From Planktotalea sp. (GTDB lineage: Bacteria; Pseudomonadota; Alphaproteobacteria; Rhodobacterales; Rhodobacteraceae), in contig CBFIGL010000013.1 in the NCBI GenBank assembly GCA_965662135.1, forward strand, positions 11,353-75,352: DNA of 64,000 nt, written 5' to 3'. Positions 57,134 through 64,000 of the stretch are shown piece after piece. Under the pieces are notes generated by a model. It was not told the DNA's origin. It saw only the letters and a program-made list of their open reading frames with translations, and searched no databases. How positions within the stretch are numbered: position 1 is the first letter of the stretch; the number at the start of each line of letters is the position of its first letter. The position numbers and the translations under genes are program-made.

Positions 57134-58648
57134 TCAGGCGACCTTATCGGTGGCTACGATCCCTGAAATCGCCTGAATAAGGCTCTCCTCGGTGACCTCT
57201 TCCGAAGTAAACGTACGCATCACCTTGCCAGAGAACATTGCGACAATCCGGTCGCTGACGTGCAGCACTTCAGGCATCTCGGAACTCACCACGATGACAG
57301 CATAACCTTGTGCAGCCAACTCGCGGATCAGGTTGTGAATTTCGGACTTTGATCCTACGTCGATTCCGCGCGTCGGTTCATCCACGATCAGCACTTTGGG
57401 ATGCATGGACAACCATTTGCCAATAACGATCTTCTGCTGATTGCCGCCAGACAGATTGCCTACAGTCTGCTTCCAGCCTGGCGTGCGGATATCGAGCTTG
57501 TCTTTGTACTTGTCAAAAATCTCTGTCTCAGCGCCGGGTGCCACGAAGGGGCCGGAGGACAGATCACCCACCTGCGGCAGCGTCATGTTGTCACGGCAAT
57601 TCATACCCAGCACGAGGCCTTGGCCTTTACGGTCCTCTGGCACCAGAGAAATTCCCTTGCTGATGGCATCGGCGGGGGAGAAGATGCGCACTTCTTCGCC
57701 GTCCAACCGTATTGTGCCGGCACTGGGGTCCCGCAATCCGAACAATGTCTCAGCGATCTCGGTGCGTCCTGCCCCGACCAGACCGTAAAACCCCAGAACT
57801 TCACCACGGCGGACCTCAAAACTGACGTCTTGAAATAAGTCTCCACAGGAAAGGCCGCGCACTTCTAGGGCTACATCGCCCATTTCGTGATGTGTTGCGT
57901 TACGAGACAGATCGAGCGCGCGGCCGATCATCAATTGCGTGACCTCTTCTTCGTTGGTTTTGCGGGTCTCAAGAGTGCCACGGTAAGACCCGTCCCGTAG
58001 AACGCTGATCCGATTAGTGATCTTGAAAATCTCTTCCATCCGGTGAGAAATATAGATGATCCCGACACCCTGTCTTTGCAGGTCGGAAATGACATCAAAC
58101 AGCACGACCTTTTCGGCGTCGGTCAGGGATGCCGTGGGTTCATCAAAAATGACGGCCTTGGCGTCCACAGTCAGCGCGCGGGCAATCTCGACCATCTGCT
58201 GGTTGGCGATGGACAGGTCCCCGACAATCGTTTTGGCGTTGAACCCCACCTTCAGCTTTTCGAGGATTGCATCAGTTTGCGCATAAAGCGTCGCCCAGTC
58301 AACGCGACCAAAGGAACGGCGCGGTAATTCACCCAGATAGATGTTTTCTGCAACCGTCAACTCTTCAGCAAGGCTGAGTTCCTGATGGATGAACACAATA
58401 CCCTTGGACTTCGCCTGTAAGGGCGAGGTCATGACGGTTGGAACCTCCTCAACGATGATCTGGCCTTCTTCGGGCTGGTAAATGCCGCCCAAAACTTTCA
58501 TCAGCGTTGATTTTCCGGCACCGTTCTCCCCCATCAGGGCGTGGACTTCGCCGGGCATCACCGAAAAGGAAACGCCATCAAGTGCGCGGACACCGGGGAA
58601 GGTTTTCACAATCTCTTCAAGGCGCAAAGCGGGTGTTTGGTCGCTCAT
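57134..58648 (-). CDS. Sugar ABC (CUT2) ATP-binding protein
   Basis: GENGAGKST, tandem ABC domains and LSGGNQQK. Confidence 0.95.
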   Translation of the reverse strand: MSDQTPALRLEEIVKTFPGVRALDGVSFSVMPGEVHALMGENGAGKSTLMKVLGGIYQPEEGQIIVEEVPTVMTSPLQAKSKGIVFIHQELSLAEELTVAENIYLGELPRRSFGRVDWATLYAQTDAILEKLKVGFNAKTIVGDLSIANQQMVEIARALTVDAKAVIFDEPTASLTDAEKVVLFDVISDLQRQGVGIIYISHRMEEIFKITNRISVLRDGSYRGTLETRKTNEEEVTQLMIGRALDLSRNATHHEMGDVALEVRGLSCGDLFQDVSFEVRRGEVLGFYGLVGAGRTEIAETLFGLRDPSAGTIRLDGEEVRIFSPADAISKGISLVPEDRKGQGLVLGMNCRDNMTLPQVGDLSSGPFVAPGAETEIFDKYKDKLDIRTPGWKQTVGNLSGGNQQKIVIGKWLSMHPKVLIVDEPTRGIDVGSKSEIHNLIRELAAQGYAVIVVSSEMPEVLHVSDRIVAMFSGKVMRTFTSEEVTEESLIQAISGIVATDKVA

Positions 58649-59646
58649 ATTTTCAACTCCTCTTTGCCCTTGGTGTTTAGTTGGCGATCTAGAAACAGGA
58701 CTGCGATCAAAATCAGGCCAATCACAAGGTTAACAGTCGATGTATCTGCGCCGATGTGGCCCAAGCCCTTGCGCAGCAATTGGATTGCCAGAACACCGCC
58801 CAAGGTTGAAACGATGGACCCGGCCCCACCCGTCAATTTAGTGCCGCCAAGAACTACGGCTGTAATGACCCATAGCTCATAGAGCTGCCCATCGTTCGGA
58901 TTGACCGAACCGGATTCAGAGTAGAACACCACCGCCGACAGGGCCGCCAGAAAGCCGATGATCATGAAATTGATCAACATATGTGGGCCAACCTTGATAC
59001 CAGCGTTCACCGCCGCCTCACGGTTGTTGCCGATGGCATAGGCATTGCGCCCGTGCACGGTGCGCGTCATCACGTACCAGATGATCAAGGTCACGACCGC
59101 CAGAAACCAAGTCGCTGTGTGAAAACCCAGAAATTGCGCCTCGGCGAAATCTACCAAGGTCCAGTTCAGGCTCGAGGTCGGATTTTCGCCATTGTACATG
59201 AATACCAGTCCGCGAAAGCCCAGCATAGAGCCAAGCGTTACGATGAAGGCATCGACTCCGGTTTTCCAGACGATCAAACCGTTGATCGCGCCTAGGACGA
59301 CACCCGTCAGCAACGCCAGAGTCCAAGACACAGGGATCACCCAATCGCCCAGACCCGCAAAGACCGCCCATGTCATACTGTCGAGCAATATCACCGCCGA
59401 CAGCGCAAAAATAGCACCGACGCTCAAGTCGATATTCCCGTTCACCATGATGATCGTCATACCCATGGCGATAATACCGATTGGGGCCGATTGCTTGAGC
59501 AACAGTAGCATGTTGTCGGCATCCATGAACGCCTTGTCCGACAACGACAGGAATTCGCCCGCTACGCTGAAGAAAATCAACTCGAGAACGATAAAACCCC
59601 AGATCGCGCCGTTCTTGAGAAATTTGGACAGTTTTCCGGCTTCCAT
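58645..59646 (-). CDS. Sugar ABC permease
   Basis: IDLSVG, FIVTLG, YAIGNN.EAA and AVVLGG motifs. Confidence 0.93.
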   Translation of the reverse strand: MEAGKLSKFLKNGAIWGFIVLELIFFSVAGEFLSLSDKAFMDADNMLLLLKQSAPIGIIAMGMTIIMVNGNIDLSVGAIFALSAVILLDSMTWAVFAGLGDWVIPVSWTLALLTGVVLGAINGLIVWKTGVDAFIVTLGSMLGFRGLVFMYNGENPTSSLNWTLVDFAEAQFLGFHTATWFLAVVTLIIWYVMTRTVHGRNAYAIGNNREAAVNAGIKVGPHMLINFMIIGFLAALSAVVFYSESGSVNPNDGQLYELWVITAVVLGGTKLTGGAGSIVSTLGGVLAIQLLRKGLGHIGADTSTVNLVIGLILIAVLFLDRQLNTKGKEELKI

Positions 59647-59658
59647 TTTTCCGCTCCC

Positions 59659-60633
59659 TTACGCGATGTTTGACCAAAGCTTGCCGCGTTTGGCTGCAAT
59701 ATCGAGCCAGACCGCAAGAATGATGATGATCCATGTCACGACAAACTGGACATAGAATTGAAGACCAACCAGCAGCAGACCGTTCTGGATAAACCCAAGG
59801 ATCAGCACCCCGATCACAGTTTTGAAGATGGTTCCGGACCCGCCAAGCAAGGACGCACCGCCCAAGATCACGGCGGCAAGAACGTCAAGTTCAAGCCCTT
59901 GACCGACCGTGTTTTGCGACCCTAGTGAGCGGCTTGCCTGAATAAGACCAGCGATGGCCACACAAAACGCGGACATAACGTAGCACAAGAAAACGACGCG
60001 CGCGCGTTTGATACCCGAGAAGGTCGCCGCAGTTCCGTTGCCGCCTACTGCGTAAACTTTGCGTCCGAAAGGTGTTTTTGCCAGTATGATCCCCAAAAGC
60101 GCTGCCAAAGCCACGAAAACGAGAATGGGCACCGGAATCCCGAGCGCAGAGCCCTGTCCGAAAACGGCGAACCATGTGCCTTCTTTGTCAACGATGTCCA
60201 TGTTCTGGCCACCGGAATAGGTTAGCGTCAGACCGTGGATCGCTGACAGCATGCCCAAGGTCACAATCAATGAATTCAGCTTGAGGTATCCAACCAAAAA
60301 CCCAATGAACGCGCCCAGACACAGGGTCATTGCAAACATCGCGGGAATGGCAAGCGCAGGACCGATCTTGTCGTGCAGATCAAGCACCACGATGGTCGAG
60401 AACGACATCATTGACCCGACAGACAAGTCGAGGTTGCCGCTGATGACAACAAAAGTCACGCCAAGCGCCATAACCCCTAGAATGGCCGACGAACGCACCA
60501 CACCCATAACATTATCAGGGCTCAAAAACCGTTCGTTTGCCAAAGTAAAGCCGATGATGAACACCGCAAAAGCAATCAAAATGCCCTGCCGTGCCAAAAA
60601 CCGTCCGATGTCTGCTTTCGACATGCTCGCCAT
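59659..60633 (-). CDS. Sugar ABC permease
   Basis: Start reassigned to MASMSK. LDLSVGS, YAVGGN and AAVILGG motifs. Confidence 0.92.
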   Translation of the reverse strand: MASMSKADIGRFLARQGILIAFAVFIIGFTLANERFLSPDNVMGVVRSSAILGVMALGVTFVVISGNLDLSVGSMMSFSTIVVLDLHDKIGPALAIPAMFAMTLCLGAFIGFLVGYLKLNSLIVTLGMLSAIHGLTLTYSGGQNMDIVDKEGTWFAVFGQGSALGIPVPILVFVALAALLGIILAKTPFGRKVYAVGGNGTAATFSGIKRARVVFLCYVMSAFCVAIAGLIQASRSLGSQNTVGQGLELDVLAAVILGGASLLGGSGTIFKTVIGVLILGFIQNGLLLVGLQFYVQFVVTWIIIILAVWLDIAAKRGKLWSNIA

Positions 60634-60679
60634 ATTTCCCTCCCATGGGCCAAAGGCCCGGCCATTGTTGGCCATTTCG

Positions 60680-61477
60680 TCAGACCAATGTCATCCCACC
60701 ATCGATCATGACGATTTGTCCGGTCATGTAATCACTATCCTTGGACGCCAAATACGTCGTTGTTCCTGTGATATCTTCCGTATTTGCAACGCGCCCCCGC
60801 AGGATTTCCGATGAGAATTCCTCCATCGCCTGTCCTGGCCGGTCGGCGGCACCAATCTCCATCAGGTCCTGGTCAACCTGTTCCCACATTTCTGTGGCCA
60901 CCACACCGGGCGCAAAGCCTGTGACGGTAATGTTTTGCTTTGCCAGATCGCGCGCGCCCGATTGGGTCAGCGCCACAACAGCGAATTTACTGGCACAATA
61001 CGGGGCGACGTTGTCGAACCCCTGACGGCTGGCGATGGATGCCGTGTTGATAATCTTGCCGCCCGTGCCTTGGGCAATCATCTGATGGGCCGCTTCTTGC
61101 ATGCCAATCATGCAGCCCAAGCCGTTAACGCCCATGATGAAGTTCCAGTTATCTTCGGTCACCTCAAGGAAGTTCATCGGGCGGTTCACGCCGGCATTGT
61201 TGAATTTAACATCAAGTTTACCAAAGATCTGAACCGCATGCGCGATCATCGCTTTTACGGACGCGCGGTCCGTTACATCGACCTGCGCATAGGTGACCTT
61301 GCCGCCATGCTGCGTTGCCCTGTCGGCATTTGCATCCGCAAGTTGCGCAACCTTGTCGCCGTTGATGTCCGCAAAACATACGTCAGCGCCTTCATCCAAC
61401 AGTGCCTCGGCAATTGCACGCCCAATACCTTGCGCGGCACCAGTCACAATACATGACCGTCCAGTCACTCGCCCCAT
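60680..61477 (-). CDS. SDR oxidoreductase (acetoin/polyol dehydrogenase-like)
   Basis: Start reassigned to MGRVTG. TGAAQGIG, NNAG and YCASK motifs. Confidence 0.9.
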   Translation of the reverse strand: MGRVTGRSCIVTGAAQGIGRAIAEALLDEGADVCFADINGDKVAQLADANADRATQHGGKVTYAQVDVTDRASVKAMIAHAVQIFGKLDVKFNNAGVNRPMNFLEVTEDNWNFIMGVNGLGCMIGMQEAAHQMIAQGTGGKIINTASIASRQGFDNVAPYCASKFAVVALTQSGARDLAKQNITVTGFAPGVVATEMWEQVDQDLMEIGAADRPGQAMEEFSSEILRGRVANTEDITGTTTYLASKDSDYMTGQIVMIDGGMTLV

Positions 61478-61520
61478 GACGCGTCTCCCCATAAAACTGT
61501 CGTAAGTTTAGAATTCAAAC

Positions 61521-61538
61521 GGGGCGCCGAAGCGCCCC
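61521..61538 (-). terminator. Hairpin after SBP gene (partial terminator or stabiliser)
   Basis: GGGGCGC-CGAA-GCGCCCC. On the minus strand the loop reads TTCG and is followed by GTTT. Confidence 0.7.
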
Positions 61539-61554
61539 GCAATACGGGAGGTGT

Positions 61555-62520
61555 TTAGAACACAGGCTTTGTGAAATCATCCATGTTGTCCTGTGTGATC
61601 TTCGGTGTGTCGAAGTAGTTGAGGAAAGGCAGCTCTTCGCCGTTGAGCAGGTCAATGGCGGACTTCAGCGCGGCTTCTGCATCATCAACAGGTGACTGGT
61701 AGATCGAACCCCAGTATGTGCCTGCAGCCATTGCCTCATAGCCAACTGCAAAGTTGGTGGCGCCGACGAAAGTGATGCCCTCACGACCAGCAGCGATTGC
61801 TGCGTTCATTGCACCAACGCCCATGTTGTCATCGCCAGCATAGACGCCGTCGATGTCGTCATATTTCACAAGAAAAGCTTCCATAACCTGCTGGGACTTT
61901 TCACGGTTCCAGTCACCGGGCTGCTCGTCAATCTGTTCTACGTTCGGGCAGACTTCGGGCAGGCGGTCGTTGAAGCCCTTTGCGCGCTCGATGGCGGTCG
62001 TGTAGCCAGGCTGACCAGTGATGTGAACAACCTTGGCTTCGTTTTCAATACCCAATGCCTTGAAGCGATCACACATGATTTCTGCAGAGCGGGAGCCCTG
62101 TGTAATGTTATCTGGGCCAGAGAAGGTCGCGACAAAATCGAAGCCTGCTTCTGCGATGTTGGAGTTTGTTACGACAACCGGAATGTTAGCCTGAAATGCC
62201 TTACGCACTGCAGGGATAACCGCTTCGCCGTTTGTTGGCCAGATGATGATCGCATCAACTTCTTGCTGGATCAGGTCTTCCATCTGGGCGATTTGGCGGG
62301 CGACATCGCCGCCAGCGTCAAGAACGACAACTTCGACATTCTCGTTTGCTTCTGCAGCAGCGATAAACGCTTTTTCATATGTTGTCTGGTAGCTGTCGAC
62401 GCCAACATTGTTTTGCGTGATGCCAATGCGCATTGGGCCGTGCCCGTCTGCATAGGCGGCGCCCGCAACAGTCAGTGCTGTGGTTGCGGCAGTTGCAGTC
62501 AGAATTGTACGTAGTTTCAT
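61555..62520 (-). CDS. Sugar ABC substrate-binding protein (RbsB fold)
   Basis: Start reassigned to MKLRT (GGAGGAG RBS). Signal peptide, ER.KGF, GDWNR and DDNMG.GA motifs. Confidence 0.92.
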   Translation of the reverse strand: MKLRTILTATAATTALTVAGAAYADGHGPMRIGITQNNVGVDSYQTTYEKAFIAAAEANENVEVVVLDAGGDVARQIAQMEDLIQQEVDAIIIWPTNGEAVIPAVRKAFQANIPVVVTNSNIAEAGFDFVATFSGPDNITQGSRSAEIMCDRFKALGIENEAKVVHITGQPGYTTAIERAKGFNDRLPEVCPNVEQIDEQPGDWNREKSQQVMEAFLVKYDDIDGVYAGDDNMGVGAMNAAIAAGREGITFVGATNFAVGYEAMAAGTYWGSIYQSPVDDAEAALKSAIDLLNGEELPFLNYFDTPKITQDNMDDFTKPVF

Positions 62521-62647
62521 AGTGATCTCCTCCAAGAATTTGTTAGACTTTTATGTCTGCTCCCCACTCTCCCAAGTAAGGTATCACCACCCGTTGCGTC
62601 GGTGTGATCCCATTAACCTTGCCGTGAGCATCCCAGCATAACCTCCG

Positions 62648-62695
62648 CAATAATATCCATTTTGGATACTTAAAGCTCCAAAATGGATATTATTG
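62648..62695. promoter_or_regulatory. Perfect 19-bp inverted repeat, putative operator
   Basis: CAATAATATCCATTTTGGA-N10-TCCAAAATGGATATTATTG in the divergent promoter region. Confidence 0.7.
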
Positions 62696-62833
62696 TGATA
62701 CATTTTGAGGCTACTCCCACATCAATATGAGGTGCAACTGGTGACGATTCCAAAATCATCCAAAATGAAAAAATCACGTGGTCGTCGCCAGTCGCGTCAT
62801 AGCCACAACAACACGAAAGCGGCGGCAGAGGGT

Positions 62834-64000
62834 ATGAATGTCATGAGGGGGGAGAATTTCAATCAGCTCATGCCGTCTCAGGCAAAGGCCGATATGCTGA
62901 GCGTTGTGTCCTTCATGGAAAACCTCGACGATGAGCTGGAAAACGCGTCCGAATTGTTTGCGTCCACGCCAAACCTGCGCATTACCATGCACCTGATCCG
63001 CGGGCACCTTGAGGGGCGCCTCACGACGATAACATCCTTGATTGGTGCCAGCCGCGCGCCCTATGCGACGGCCAATCGCCGGATAAAAGACATGCAGGAG
63101 GCCGGCCTGATTGATCAGCGACCGCGCACTGCAACCGGCAAAAGCTTTTCCTTACATCCCAGCGTTCAGATGTTGGAACAATGGACGCAACTGACAAGCC
63201 GTGTACACCGCCTTGCAAGTTCGCAATTCGGCGGTGCTGCCACAGAAGATCCATCGGACTACTATTTCGGCGGGTCCTACCTGAGCGCGAAATCGATCCC
63301 CCCTATGAAGGTTTTGGCCGAACCGCTCAAGCTGGCTGGGGGCTTGCGTGTTCTAGTCCATGGCGATCCAACCTTCATGGTGATGGACAACCTCAAACGC
63401 CAATTTGAACAGACGATCGGTACGCAAATTCATCAACGGGCCTTTTCTATTGATCGTTTGCGCGAAGAAACGGTGCGCAACGCAAGCCGCAAGTCGAGCA
63501 ATTACGACATCATCGCCGTTGATCTGCCATGGGTCGGCGGGTTCGCTGAAAAAAATGTCTTAATGCCCCTTGATGAGGTCATGGATATTGCCCGCATCGA
63601 CCCGTCGGATTTCCATACTGCTGGCTGGCAAGCCGCCCATTGGGGTGGTCGCGCATACGGCATCCCGGCGCAAACGACCCCAGAACTCTTGTTCTACCGC
63701 AAAGATCTTTTTGCGCAGGCAGGCCTTGAACCGCCCACTACCACGCAAGAGCTGCTGAACGCCGCAAAGGCGCTACACGATCCGCAGCGCGGGCGGCATG
63801 GCATTGCCTGGAACGCGGCGCGCGGGACGGCATTGGGTCACACCGTACTAATGACTTTGGCGGATTTCGGTCAGCCTATCCTTGACCTGAAACCGAATGC
63901 CGGCGGCTTTGATACCCGGCATCTTGCAAATCGTGATTACAGCTTCACAATTGACACCCCTGCCGGCTTGCACGCAGCCGAGTTTCTCAAAGAGCTACTG
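62834..64000 (+). CDS. Winged-helix + family-1 solute-binding-domain fusion (3'-partial; absent from the ORF track)
   Basis: Translated by hand, open to the window end. TITSLIGASRAPYATANRRIKDMQEAGLIDQRPRT (wHTH), then YDIIAVDLPWV, YGIP and LFYRKDLF.QAGL.PPTT (SBP). No signal peptide. Alternative in-frame start at 62765. Confidence 0.85.
   Translation, partial: MNVMRGENFNQLMPSQAKADMLSVVSFMENLDDELENASELFASTPNLRITMHLIRGHLEGRLTTITSLIGASRAPYATANRRIKDMQEAGLIDQRPRTATGKSFSLHPSVQMLEQWTQLTSRVHRLASSQFGGAATEDPSDYYFGGSYLSAKSIPPMKVLAEPLKLAGGLRVLVHGDPTFMVMDNLKRQFEQTIGTQIHQRAFSIDRLREETVRNASRKSSNYDIIAVDLPWVGGFAEKNVLMPLDEVMDIARIDPSDFHTAGWQAAHWGGRAYGIPAQTTPELLFYRKDLFAQAGLEPPTTTQELLNAAKALHDPQRGRHGIAWNAARGTALGHTVLMTLADFGQPILDLKPNAGGFDTRHLANRDYSFTIDTPAGLHAAEFLKELL

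Noticed and set aside
1-64000. CRISPR arrays, tRNA/rRNA genes, prophage or integrase
   Set aside because: By eye I found no regularly spaced repeats, cloverleaf motifs or phage genes. tRNAscan-SE and Infernal would be needed to exclude small RNAs formally.

Overview
Chromosomal window from a marine Rhodobacteraceae (Roseobacter-group) bacterium, inferred from gene content and order. In order it contains: (1) the 3' part of an uncharacterised operon with a TelA-like helical protein, a 377-aa unknown, a classical-clade AAA+ ATPase, a hidden 31-aa membrane micro-ORF, an AT-rich passenger gene, a DUF6638-like gene, a small membrane protein and DUF1523; (2) a complete taurine-to-sulfate cluster (soeCBA-tauE-pta-xsc-tauR ... 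tauCBA/tpa) with paired TauR-type boxes at three promoters, interrupted by a GntR-DHDPS-ALDH-ProC-like-MttB-flavoprotein operon; (3) mixed housekeeping and accessory genes (LysR, an atypical P450, LysE, accA, map, sfsA, CinA-like, GNAT, AhpD, OmpA, VIT1); (4) a decaying accessory region with a Hint-domain pseudogene, an IS110/IS1111 element whose 3' non-coding end matches its own insertion site, PrpD, a nitrilase pseudogene and Lrp/Usp/AGCS genes; (5) a DmdA-paralog/OsmC/enoyl-CoA hydratase/DmdB-like cassette; (6) a sugar ABC catabolic operon facing a partial winged-helix/solute-binding-protein fusion gene across a perfect 19-bp inverted repeat. I saw no rRNA, tRNA or CRISPR array. All family calls come from motif recognition by eye, not database searches. 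The best candidate for an undescribed system is the TelA-like + AAA+ + DUF6638 + DUF1523 operon.
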